Below, one piece after another: positions 1 through 11,637 of a stretch of DNA of 44,849 nt. Source of the DNA: Octopus bimaculoides. Its lineage: Eukaryota. The notes under the pieces are model-generated. The model searched no databases, was not told where the DNA came from, and was given only the letters and a program-made list of their open reading frames with translations. Position numbers and translations under genes: made by a program. The DNA is taken from the NCBI RefSeq assembly GCF_001194135.2, contig NC_068982.1, positions 35,664,001 to 35,708,849 on the forward strand, read 5' to 3'. How positions within the stretch are numbered: position 1 is the first letter of the stretch; the number at the start of each line of letters is the position of its first letter.

Positions 1-757
1 ATATATATATATATATATACGTATCCTGCCCACACCCAGCTAACAAATATAAGAACTACATACAGATCATAGATCATACATGGTTTCAATGAATTCTAGC
101 TATTTTTCTTTTCTTTGGCTTTATAATTACATAACCCTATTTTGTTATCAATAAATATTGTATCTAGTTATGCTAATTCAGCAGTAGAATAAGAAATATA
201 TATATTACATGACTATATGTAGATTTACATATATATACATATACACACACATATGTACATACACATAGGTTTTTTTTTGTGTGTGTGTGTGTGTGTGATA
301 TATATATATATGTATATACACACTCACATATACACACACACACATATTACCTATGTATATGTATATATATTTCTACAAATGTACATGTAAACACTCATAT
401 ATAAATATTCATATACTGGTAGACATCTCTATATGTGCATACTCTCTCATACAGAGATATGCATCTACATGCATTTATGGACATTTACACCTGTACATAC
501 ATTTGTCTTTTTAATTTAACTACACTGCAGTTGAACTTCCAGAGGTCATAAGCTTATTATTTTGTAAATATTATATGAAAAAGTAAGACTACTTTTGAAA
601 TAACCCTTTTTGGAATTTTGGGTGTTAAATATCTTCTTCTTAGCGTTATCCTTTTTCTGGGCACTGCACTAAGGCACTGTGCTTTTTTCCTGCTGATGCA
701 TGCTAAATTTGCTTCATAAAACCATCAGAGCTCTTCTGTTCAATGTTGTACTTACAA

Positions 758-815
<58 letters not shown>

Positions 816-1093
816 NNNNNNNNNNNNNNNNNNNNNNNNNNNNNNNNNNNNNNNNNNNNNNNNNNNNNNNNNNNNNNNNNNNNNNNNNNNNNNNNNNNNN
901 NNNNNNNNNNNNNNNNNNNNNNNNNNNNNNNNNNNNNNNNNNNNNNNNNNNNNNNNNNNNNNNNNNNNNNNNNNNNNNNNNNNNNNNNNNNNNNNNNNNN
1001 NNNNNNNNNNNNNNNNNNNNNNNNNNNNNNNNNNNNNNNNNNNNNNNNNNNNNNNNNNNNNNNNNNNNNNNNNNNNNNNNNNNNNNNNNNNNN

Positions 1094-1133
<40 letters not shown>

Positions 1134-1249
1134 TATATAAACTATATTAACTATATTATAAGATATTTTGCTTTTCTCCTGTTCTTCGATATCTTACCAT
1201 CTTATCATATCTAATGGGTATATTGTTTTGCAGGATTCTTGATTAGTAT

Positions 1250-2200
1250 CCTGAAACATTCAATATTTTATTTATGCCAAAATGTTATTCTGTATTCTAT
1301 ATTTCTGGGATTTATACATTTTCTTTATCTAATATTTCTGTAATGAGACTTCAATATATCTTTCTTTCCATCATTTTTTTTTAAGCTTTTTCTCCTCTTC
1401 ATTTATATTACTATGCATTACCATACATCATATATAAGGTTTCTAATTCTATAAACCTAATCCATTTCTGAATCATACAATTCTATAAATCTGGTGTGTA
1501 TCTCCAGTTGCAATTACATTAACCCATTCTACACGAACCTTCTTGGCACCATCACTAATAAAAAGTTGAAATTTCAATTCCAGTATGGACCTGAAATATC
1601 ATAATTAGATGGAAAATGATGAGATTTCAATATGTAATAAATTGCTTCTTATTAAGTTGGTTATTTCGCTAAGTCTCTTATACTTCTTGATTAATTTTGA
1701 AAATTAAAATACAGGAGCAGAACATATTCCTGTTTGAAATAGGTTGCAAAAGGGTTGATTGGTTGATAGTAAAATCTCCCCACAGATGAAATACTGGTCT
1801 ATCACATGTAGTTTTTCACCTACCAATAGAATTAATTTTGACATTGCAATACAGTAAAATGCTCATCAGTAATTGAAACCGGTGTGAACTATAATCCCTA
1901 AGAGTTATGTCTTGGCCACAAACGCAACATGGTATTGGAAACAATATAAACAACTTACATCTTAGCTGGTTGTCATGTAAGCCTTTGAGTCAACCCTTCT
2001 CCCACATCTATGATTTTACGTGAATTTTTCTCCATGCAAGCATAAGGTGGATGCGGTTAGCTATTTTAAATTTTATACAGGTATGTTGTTGGAGTGATTT
2101 ATTTTTACAGTTAGATACCCTTCTTACTGGCAATCTCTCTCTTGTTAGTTGCACTGACTGATTGGAAATCTGTGCTTTGCTCATATATTCCACACAAACC
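1250..2200 (-). pseudogene. Possible heavily decayed non-LTR RT remnant (RTE-like)
   Basis: Minus strand near 1700-1740 reads AAACAGGAATATGTTCTGCTCCTGTATTTTAATT, resembling the RT motif KQGCVLAPxLFN with a frameshift. Many stops; boundaries are a guess. Confidence 0.25.
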
Positions 2201-2314
2201 TTGTAGCAAAGGTTTGGAGAGTAAATATAATAATGCAGTTAAAAAGACATCACTTTAACCTCACAATTTGTAATGTATATACATACATATATTTATTCGT
2301 GTGGGGGGGGGGGA

Positions 2315-2530
2315 TCATTATCATCATCATCATCATTTAATGTCTGTTTTCCATGCTGGCATGGATTGGACAGTTCAACAGAAACTGAAAAAACAGAAGA
2401 CTGCATCAGGCCCTGCTGTCAGTTTTGGTATGGTGTCTATGGCTGGATGCCTTTCCCAACATCAACCACTTTACTACCTTTTACTTGGCACCAGCAGCAA
2501 TGAGGTTACCAAGTTATTTACAAGACAAGT
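2315..2530 (-). mobile_element. RTE-type 3' tail / LINE-tail SINE (family R1)
   Basis: Shares CCATGCTGGCATGG...GGCTGGATGCC(C/T)TTCC with copies at about 15.3, 19.3, 28.2 and 32.1 kb; ends in (GAT)n. Confidence 0.75.
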
Positions 2531-2804
2531 ATTGAGGGACAGAAACTTTAAGACTTTAAGCAGTGGTTGCATAGTTAAGGTGCTTGATTATTGGCCTAAA
2601 GATTAAATAAGAAAGATACCAAACATTTTTGTAAAACATCAGGTAGTGTTTTTAGGTCAGTCGCATTGCTCTTCTTGTCCCAGTTGTTTGTTTTGAAACT
2701 TAAACAGACACACCACTCCCATTTCATTGTTGAATAACTTTTGTTATGAAAATCTTTCCAGCTATAAAAAGAAAGTACTTGCTTTAGTAAATCATACATA
2801 TACT

Positions 2805-2970
2805 TGAAGGCTCATGACCTTGTGGTTAGGGTATTCAGGTCACAGTTATGAGGTCATGTATTCAACTCCTATATTGAGGGAATGACTTTTGTGTCCTTAA
2901 GTAAGGCACTTCATTTTACTTTGCTCTAATTTAATCAGCTGTAAACAAGTACCAGCTGGGTACTGGTGAT
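2805..2970 (+). mobile_element. tRNA-headed SINE (family C)
   Basis: Degenerate A/B boxes (GTGGTTAGG...GTTCAACTCC) followed by TGTGTCCTTAAGTAAGGCACTT box. Confidence 0.65.
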
Positions 2971-2971
<1 letters not shown>

Positions 2972-3008
<37 letters not shown>

Positions 3009-3115
3009 ACTCTCTTTATCATTCTCTCCTCTCTCTCTCACTCTCCTCTCTCTCTCTCACTCCCTCCTCTCTCCTTCCCTCTCTTTCTCATTCCTTCTCT
3101 CTCACTCTCTCTCTA
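2972..3115 (+). repeat. Degenerate (CT)n polypyrimidine microsatellite
   Basis: Read directly from sequence. Confidence 0.95.
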
Positions 3116-3789
3116 GCAATCACATCCTAATATTCTGTTCGATTAAACGTGTCTATGTCTGCTTGTGACTACATGAGCACCCATAACAATTAATAAAGCA
3201 TGAAACATGTCACAAAGCTATACTCATGAGTGACTGTCAGCTGTACATATACCTGAAATGATTTTTAAAAAAGACAAATTCCAACTATGGCATTCTTAGA
3301 AATTGAGCATAAATAGTGTTTAAGATATGTAAATAGATATCAATTAATTAATAGCATCTGAATACAATTGCATTGTGTATTCAATGTGTCTCTTTAGAAA
3401 TCTGAGATAGCTAATTGTCCAAATGTAAAAATTAGTTTCATTATATTTGGAATACAGGAAATGGTTTGGAATTATACAGAGGGAAAATATGTGCCTTAAG
3501 ATATAAAATTCTGTACCTCATTTTGTACCACTTTGTTTTAAGTCGAAACCCTGAAGGGAGCAACTTTGCCCTCCATTTTCCCAAATTCAGTTTAAGTGAC
3601 AGGAAGATCTTCACTACACTAAATTTGCAAAATTCAATTTACATATTTTATTTCGTTTTCTTAAAGAATTTAGATATCAGGGAAAATATATATATATTGT
3701 ACCCCATACATTCTTTTCTATACTACACGCCAAGCAATATTGGTTTCAAATTCTGGCTCAAAGCCAGCAATTTCTGTGGGATAGACTAT

Positions 3790-4100
3790 TCAAGCATCTC
3801 TTCTATAGGGTACTATCAGAAGTAACCAGCTGGATTCCCAAGAGTGTACCAACTGAGACTATGGATATTGTCCACCCCTCGGTCTGCTGCCACTTGGCTT
3901 GGCTTGAGGAATCCATCTTGCAATTCTTTCCTGTGACATTCTAATTACATGTCAATAGTACCAGAGCTGTGACCTCTCAATACAGAGAAGTGGCAGCTTG
4001 ACCTGAAGAGACTTATATTATTATAATGCCTAACATGGCAGAAATGTATGTCTTTTTCCAGCAATAAATGGTGGTGTCCCAGCATGCCCACAGCTCTCAA
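3790..4100 (-). mobile_element. RTE-clade LINE, C-terminal RT/3' fragment
   Basis: Minus translation LPLLCIERSQLWYY*HVIRMSQERIARWIPQAKPSGSRPRG matches the RTE C-terminal pattern LLLxIERSQLRWxGHVxRM...GxRPRGRP. Confidence 0.75.
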
Positions 4101-5037
4101 GCTAAAACCAGTTAAAGAGTTAATATATAATGCATCAATGTACAAAATTAATCGACGGATCTATCAGAAATAGTGGCTTTTAATCTAGCTATCAATCCAA
4201 AAGTAGATACTTGATCGTTCTCAGAGCAGTTTACTACAGTTAAGTAGTGATGTGTGTGTGCCCAGAATTTAAGGCAAAGTACTCAATAAGAGAATGGAGC
4301 TATTTGATTATTTAGATGATGGCATTTACAAGACTAGTCATGCTTCATTCATTCAGATGAATTCTAAAATGAATGAAACAGTCAGTAAGTGCCATTGCTT
4401 AAAAAAACATTTAATCATTTTACATGTGTAGTTTAGTGGTGATACACCATATCAATAAATGTGGAGCTATATTTTTGCTAATCCTGATACAACAAACCTA
4501 ACCTTTGATATATACTATCTGTGCAGAATGTTGATCTACAAAGGTGTTGTCCTATGTCATGTCTGTTGCTTTGGCTGTAATTCTTTTTTTTTTTTGCTCT
4601 TATTATTCATCATTATATGTTTAAGAAGTTCATGTTATAATTGTTATTAATGCTATTTACTGTGACACTAATACAAGTCAATACCAAAATATTAATACTT
4701 ATTGTAATTTGTTGTGAAATCATTAACATACAGTAATACCTTGTTAAGTATTTTGCATTTATCCCCAAAATGAAATACCATGATAAGGGGGGAAAAAAAA
4801 GATGTTCTTCCAGAATTCTTATAATATAGCCTATATAGGGGTGGAATCTTAAAAGATAATATTATGTGTAATTAGTAAAACTTGTAAATCACCTTTACCG
4901 TATTTTTGGCATACAAGTTAACATAACATGTAATATGAACATGTAGTATAAACTCAGACACCATCACTATCTTTCCAAATTTTTCTGCATTTCACATGAA
5001 ATTTTTTATCTTCCAAAGTCATCTTAATGTATAGGCC

Positions 5038-5075
<38 letters not shown>

Positions 5076-5466
5076 GTTGTAAATTATGCCAGAAAATGCG
5101 GTAATAAAAGTCTAGTATCATTATAAATACATTCTTTCAAAAGTAGACTGTATGATGAAACTATAAAACTCTAGTATACCATGGTGAATCAAAAGGATTA
5201 AATGTACCACTTAACAGGGTTTTACTGTAATACTAATATTTCATTGGTCACTAATATTATATGTTATATGATTTGAATTCATTAATACATTATATGTGTG
5301 TGTGTGTGTGTATGCACACACACACACACACACATATATATGCTATATTTCTTTCTAATATTTGTTATCATACGATTTTAAAATGCATTGCTATGATACT
5401 AATGTTTGTTACAATATATATATCTGATTAAATTTCGAATGAAAAACAGCTCTAATAATGTAAACA

Positions 5467-5657
5467 TATCAGTTGCACATACACAGTGTATGAGATTCGT
5501 TTATGCAACAATTTGCTGTGGAGCAGCATCCTGGGAAAGCTCTCTACATGATACCAAGTTTAACACTCATCGTCGTGTAGGGAGCTTTCCCAGGACCTTA
5601 TCCCACAGCAAATTGTCATATAAACAAAACACATACATTGTGTATGTACAACTGATA
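5467..5657. repeat. Foldback 1: 86-bp inverted repeat with ~19-nt apex
   Basis: Arms 5467-5552 and 5572-5657 are 69/86 identical by manual alignment; TA at both outer ends. Confidence 0.9.
5544..5580 (-). ncRNA. Degenerate minimal type-I hammerhead-like core at apex of foldback 1
   Basis: Minus: ctacacga-C[ ]GATGA-gtgtt-[ ]AAAC-ttg-GTA-tcatgtag. Topology fits, but U4 and G12 are missing. Confidence 0.35.
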
Positions 5658-5789
5658 ATATATCTACATATGTATGTATATATGTTATATGTATATATGT
5701 ATGTATATATATGCATTTATGTGTATATATGTATGTACATATATGTATATATATATATGTATGTGTATATATGTATATATTTGTATGTA

Positions 5790-5821
<32 letters not shown>

Positions 5822-6052
5822 NNNNNNNNNNATATATATATATATGCATATATATATATACACATTTATCAATTTGCTTTTCAAGATTCCTGAAATCGTG
5901 TATTGAAACAGATATTGTTGTATTTTTGGATGGTCAATTTTATTTATTTATTTATCTTTTTTTTTGCCAAATAAACACACACACACTATATATATTTTTT
6001 TTCTTCACTCTTTTATTACTGTTCCTATTTTATTATTTTAACTCATGTCCAT

Positions 6053-6096
6053 TGTCCGGAAATCTTTCGTCACATCTGTGACCTCTTCAGTGACAC
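6053..6096 (-). ncRNA. Hammerhead-like core in left arm of foldback 2
   Basis: Minus: gtgtca-CTGAAGA-g-GTCAC agat GTGAC-GAAA-gattt-C-cggaca. Core residues intact; stem III self-complementary (AGAUUU); stem I imperfect. Confidence 0.5.
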
Positions 6097-6228
6097 TTTT
6101 CGTTTCTGTGTGTATTCTTGCTCCATTTACCCCATTTTGTTCTTCTAAGATGCATGCACACATAAGGATACACATCTTAGAAGAACAGAATAGAGCAGGT
6201 GGAGCAAGAACACACACAGAAACGAAAA

Positions 6229-6274
6229 GTGTCACTGAAGAGGTCACAGATGTGTGACAAAAGATTTCCAGACG
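6229..6274 (+). ncRNA. Mirror hammerhead-like core in right arm of foldback 2 (G12A)
   Basis: CTGAAGA 6235-6241, GTCACA gatg TGTGAC, then AAAA (CpG decay of GAAA), gattt C6268. Confidence 0.45.
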
Positions 6275-6355
6275 ATGGACATGAGTCAAAATAATAAAAT
6301 AAGACCAATAAATATGTGAAGAAAAAAATAATAAATAAAATGACCATCCCAAAAT

Positions 6356-6396
<41 letters not shown>

Positions 6397-6495
6397 AAAT
6401 ATAAGAAATAATTGAGATTCAGTTGAATTAGGTACTTAAGTTGAAGCACCATGTCAGTCCGGTATTATCTGGACTGCTTGAAGTAAGGTAAATAA

Positions 6496-6800
6496 AATCA
6501 AAATAAGCAACAGGATATCAAGTAGTGATGCAGTACAACCGTTTCAAGTAGCTCCATTTAATTGAACAATGTAATCATTACATCAATTTAATTGATGTAA
6601 TGATTACATCAATTGGGACATATTAATATAATTTTTCTCAAATAATGTGTCCTACTTGTTAGAATTCCATTTATTTATTTGTGCAGCTGGAGATGGCTCT
6701 GCATTTAAATTGATGTAATGCTTGCATTGATCAATTAACTGGAACTGCTTGGAACAGTTGTATTGCACCACTACTTGATATCCTGTTGCTTATTTTGATT
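6496..6800. repeat. Foldback 3: ~95-bp inverted repeat with nested perfect palindrome
   Basis: Outer 32 bp identical (6496-6527 / 6769-6800); perfect 20+1+20 palindrome at 6569-6609; (TA)n on the right. Confidence 0.92.
6681..6768 (+). ncRNA. Type-I hammerhead-like motif with long helix II (A6G, A13G)
   Basis: gtgcag-CTGGAGA-(57-nt helix II region)-GGAAC-agtt-GTA-ttgcac. Stem I has 6 bp; the opposite arm keeps canonical GAAAC-ggtt-GTA-ctgca (6528-6545, -). Confidence 0.55.
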
Positions 6801-7054
6801 ATATATATATATATATGTATGTGTATAGATGTGCATGTGTGTGGATATATATGTATATATATCACTAAATTATTTTTATGTTTAGAATCCATTGCTATGT
6901 TGCTGATTTTTCTTCTCTGTTATGTCTCTAATATTTCTAACATTACGTTTGATATAAGCTTTTTACAATGTTACTAATATTTATTAACATTTGATGACAA
7001 TTCATCTCATATGTTTTGCTTCTTCGAAACATGCATTGAAATCAATTTGCATGT

Positions 7055-7099
<45 letters not shown>

Positions 7100-7701
7100 T
7101 CCTTGTAGATACACACTTCCACTCACCCACCAACATACACACACACACACACACACTTACATTCATACACATACATAAATATACAAATGAGAAAGAAAAA
7201 AAACTAATTCAATACATTCATTCATTTGAAGCTAAAATTTCAGTTTGTTCAAACTCCATGAATTTCATGCCTGGCATTTTACATTTCCTTCAAGTCACTT
7301 CAAGTAACATACTAGAAACAAGAAATGCAAATTAAATGCTTTGTCACCATCTAGTTGGTGTTGCTGATTCAACGTTGATTTTTTTCACATCAGACATTTT
7401 AACCTTTCATTCTCTCTCTTACTCTTCCTCTTCCTCACTGTCTCTCTCCCTCTCTGTAAGTGTGTGAGCACCCAGTTACGTTTGCAAGTATGTGTAATGC
7501 CTCTCTTTCACTCATATTCTCTTTATTTATTTGTGGTGTGAGTATGTTTGCCACCAGTGCTAAAACACACACTGTCACCAAAACTGGTTGAATATCCATT
7601 CAGCCATGCCAAAACATCTGTGTCCAAACAGCTGCACTCAATCAACTCAGTCTGGCAAAAGACTCAATATAGCAATGGAAAGATTGTCATCTAATGTTTA
7701 G

Positions 7702-7896
7702 CTCTTTAGCATTCAGATCAGTCTGTCACATTATTTTGAATTAATCATGCATTATCTCATAGCTTCAAGATTTTGATGATGTGACTGTTTATTTTTAGAA
7801 CATCATAGGGTAGGTGTGAAAAGCCAGATATGGCCAATTTGAACATAAAAAAGTAGAATATATCAGCTAGATATGGCCAGTTTGAATGTCAAAGGG
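7702..7896. mobile_element. piggyBac-type MITE, TTAG-flanked
   Basis: Ends CTCTTTAGCATT / AATGTCAAAGGG; TTAG at 7698-7701 and 7897-7900; same family as 36583-36748. Confidence 0.65.
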
Positions 7897-8029
7897 TTAG
7901 ATTTTAAAACATTGGTATTTTGCTTAGCAACAGTTGTTAGTTGGTTGAGAGTAATTTAATCATTATATTGTACAGCAATTCCAATAATATAGAAACTCCT
8001 TCATTTATTTGTTCCAGAACTGGCACTCT

Positions 8030-8341
8030 GTCTGTTACAACAAGGGTTGCAGCTGATCTGATCAATGGAACAGACTGCTCGTGAAATTAATGTGCATGTG
8101 GTTGAGTACTCCACAGACACATGTGCCTTTAACATTGTTCTCAGGGAGATTCAGCATGACACAGAGTGTAACAAGGTTGGCCCTTTGAAATAAGGGTACT
8201 ACTCACTTTTGCCAGTTGAGTGGACTGGAGTAACATGAAATAAAGTGTCTTGCTCAAGGATACAATGCATCGCTAGGAATTGAACTCACAACCTTACAAT
8301 CATGAACTGAATACCCTAACCATTAAGCCATATGCCTTCAC
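8030..8341 (-). mobile_element. tRNA-headed SINE (family C head with the LINE-like tail shared with family B)
   Basis: Head GTGAAGGCATATGGCTTAATGGTTAGGG...GAGTTCAATTCC; TCCTTGAGCAAGACACTT box; tail matches 32965-33130. Confidence 0.8.
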
Positions 8342-8944
8342 ATTTGTTCCAATAACCATTCTATAATTTCCCTAGGCAAGTTATGTTACTTAACTTGTTG
8401 GCGTCTGTCAGCTTCAATAAAAATTAGTGCTTTCAGTGGTGAATATTTTATGATGGGAAAGATAAGTGTCTACTATTAAAAAAAAAATAGAAGCACAATA
8501 ATATTAATAAAAAAAAGAAACAGAATGGTTATTCCTATGATACATAAATGTCAGTATTTAAAAAAAAGATCCAACAAGCCAGCATGGGAAAATTGATATA
8601 AAAATTATTTTTTTTTGGAATTAGTTCTCAAAGTACATCCATGAAGCTATAAACAATAGCATGTATATATTGGGTTGAAAACTCCTTTTGAATAGAAAAT
8701 GTTGAAAGCTTTCGGCTTTTTTATGTCCAAAAGGATTTTTCAACTCAATAGTTATATGCTATCTTTATATATGAACTTTGAGATCCAATTGCAAAAAAAA
8801 ATTATTCAACATCCTCTCGTAAATTTATAAATTGTTATGATATCAACAATATATAAATTATAAATAGATAATATATTTATCTTACAAATAGTCCATTAAT
8901 AATTTTATGTATCACATAAGTAATACTAATATTTACTTACATGA

Positions 8945-9150
8945 GGCAGTGAGCTGGCAGTGTTGTTAACACAACGGATGAAATGCTTAGCAGCATTTCA
9001 TCCATCTTTACATTCTGAGTTCCAATTCTGCCAAGGTTGACTTTGCCTTTCATCCTTTCAGGGGTCAATAAAATGAGTACCAAATGAATACTTAAGTTGA
9101 TGTAATCGACTTAGCCTCTCCTGTGAACTTACTGGCCTTGTACCAAAATT
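8945..9150 (+). mobile_element. tRNA-headed SINE (family A)
   Basis: GGCAGTGAGCTGGCAG head, CTGAGTTC(A/C)AATTC B-box, GACTTTGCCTTTCATCC body. Confidence 0.85.
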
Positions 9151-9984
9151 TTAAATCAATATCTACGTGCATAAGAGAAAGGTTCTTTAAAATCTTTTGG
9201 TACAGAGTGGTTTGAGGGAATTTCACAGGTATTTCCTGCCAGCTCTGCAACTGAATAGAACTTAATTCTATAAGGATTGCTCTTAATTCTTTCACTGTCA
9301 AGAACCTCTTTTATTTAGATGTATTTTCCCAAGGGGTCTCAGTCTTTTGAATGATCTGACTATTCAACAAATTGTAACTCTGCTCACCAACCCCTTTGTG
9401 GCCCTCACCCCAACAAGTTTGCTGACCCTCAGTGTGGGAACTTCTGACAGAGGGATGCTTCTTTGTTGCTTCATGTTGATGGTTTGTATTCATCACTGGT
9501 ACTACACTATCTCCATCAATAATATACTTAACTATCATAAGTTCATCCACCAAGTCATCTAGTAAATAGTACGTATCAGAGATAGATAGTGGGCAAATAG
9601 TAGAACTAGTAAAACATCAGACAAAATTTCTTCCAGTATTTGGTTCCATCTCTTTACATTCTGAGTTCAAATCCCATCCAGGTCTGCTTTCATCATTCTG
9701 CAAACAATAACAATATTGATGTTGAAATAATTCACTATACCCTACAGGATGGTACCCTGGCATGACCATCATTCAGTGTGAAACCAGTTAAAAAATTATA
9801 TTGATTACTGTTGTAAGCAATAGTAGCCTCTTCTTAGTAGTTTGATCTGCTTGAAACGGCAGCCAAATATCCTCCAAATCATATGCTACTGTTTAAAACA
9901 AGAAGGATACATTGGAAAATGTAGCATAGATGTGAGGCAGCCAATTGACAAAATCATTAGAGCATCAGACCCCTGATTCGCAAT

Positions 9985-10190
9985 CATTTTTTACTTATGG
10001 ACCCCTTTGATTCCTATTTTACTCAGGATGACCCTCATAGCCATTCAATATTTAAAAGAAACCCTATTGTATATTTAGAATTAAATATTAATAGGAATTG
10101 TGTAAAAAATTAAAATATTTTGTGTATTGCAAAAGTATAACCAATTTATTGGTGATAGATTTTAACAACAAAATCTTATATGGACCCCAG
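9985..10190. mobile_element. Possible hAT-like non-autonomous element fragment
   Basis: ATGGACCCC motif near both ends, as seen in hAT/Charlie-type MITE subtermini; termini eroded. Confidence 0.3.
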
Positions 10191-11159
10191 TTACATTACA
10201 TCAATATTTCAACTCATTTTTATTTCCTCCAATTTGATGACACTTAGACTAGGTTTAGTAAGATGTAGTTCTTTCCCAATATCTTCTGAACCCGGGGTTG
10301 ATTTGCAAGACATTATAAAGAGGGGCATATTGAATACATGTCATGAATAAATTCTTTTTTTTTTACCATGATTTAAGCCTGTGAATTATGAGAATGAAAT
10401 CAGAAACTTATGGAAGAATGTCTGTATCTGTAGAAGTAGTTACATTTGTATTTCCTTACACATATAACACTGTGCAGATTTTCCAATACCTATTTTGGAA
10501 CCAAAGTAAAACGACAAAAAAAATGACTTCCTTTTTAAGAAAACAACTTTTGTACAGCTAAAGCTAAATAACAATTAACTCCTGGAATGTTTTTGGCAGC
10601 TCCTAATTGCATGATCTAAAATTTCTTTCTCTTAAATTTTCTATCTATTTACTCATCCTATAGTACTTCCTCTCTTTTATTACAACTGATAAATATAAAT
10701 ATGGAAGCCGCTTTTCTCTGCCATCTCAGTTTAAGGAATTCACTTTCTTTCTAATTACAAGCATCTCAGTTTTCCATTCCTCAATTAATATAATAACTAT
10801 GGAAATATTTTGAGCAATATTTCAAGTTTTCATTTAATCCACATGCACTATTATTTCTCAACATTTTTTTCTACTTTACCAGTTAGCTGTTGTCTGCTGC
10901 TCTAGTACCAATGTGCCATCCGTAACACTCTCCCTTCTATAACTGGTCAAATATGAATAGAGTGAAATAGAGTAGACGGGATAGTATATGGGTTGACTTG
11001 AGCATTGTTAAGTAAATTAAATACAGTATGTTTAATTATCAGTATACTGTCTTTGCAAACAGTATAGAAAATGTAAAACATAGGATTACAGTATAAATTT
11101 ATTATCAGCTCTCCTTGAATATGAACGTTTGAGGACATTATCAGTATAATATCCTTCCA

Positions 11160-11181
11160 CCCACCTCCTCTCTCTCTCTTG

Positions 11182-11258
<77 letters not shown>
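11160..11258. repeat. (CT)n-(TA)n compound microsatellite
   Basis: Read directly from sequence. Confidence 0.95.
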
Positions 11259-11261
<3 letters not shown>

Positions 11262-11400
11262 AGGTATATTACATATAGCCATTGGTTATAGCCAATCAAA
11301 AAGTTACCATTGGTTTCACGTCCATGATTGCTCTTAACAATATCAGTGACTCATCCAACCTGCTAGCTTGAGGCACATCTGCCTTGATAATAATAACAAT

Positions 11401-11613
11401 AATTCTTTCCATTATAGGCAAAAGGCCTGAATTTTGGGTGGTGGGAACCAATCAATTACACCGTCCCCAGTGTTCAGCTGATACTTAATTTATTGACCCC
11501 CAAAAGGATGAAAGACAAAGTCAACCTCAGCAGAATTTGAACTAAAGACAGAGTTAGAAGAAATGCCAAGTATTTTGTCTGGTGTGCCAATGATTCTGCT
11601 AGTTCACTGCCTT
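11401..11613 (-). mobile_element. tRNA-headed SINE (family A)
   Basis: Reverse complement matches the 8945 and 28765 copies; (TAA)n-like runs on both sides. Confidence 0.85.
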
Positions 11614-11637
11614 AGTAATAATAAGAATAATAATAAT

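Larger units (their letters stand above)
5912..6365. repeat. Foldback 2: ~190-240-bp inverted repeat with ~20-nt loop
   Basis: Arms 5912-6152 and 6173-6365; the left arm has an insertion near 5965-5995; (TA)n follows on the right. Confidence 0.92.

Noticed and set aside
1800-1890. CTGATGA...AAAA motif on the minus strand near GAAACCGGTG
   Set aside because: No stem I, G12 is absent, and the order on the plus strand is wrong; likely chance.
4344-4377. 10-bp hairpin TTCATTCATT/AATGAATGAA with CAGATGA in the loop, overlapping a possible 28-nt exon (4357-4384)
   Set aside because: Low complexity, no stem III or NUH; the exon is unsupported by neighbours.
5467-6800. Foldbacks as miRNA precursors or a CRISPR-like array
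   Set aside because: Stems are much longer than typical pre-miRNAs and no read evidence is available; there is no repeat-spacer periodicity.
11281-11353. Three CCAAT boxes plus TGACTCA as a promoter or enhancer
   Set aside because: Short motifs are expected by chance, and there is no linked gene or TSS evidence.
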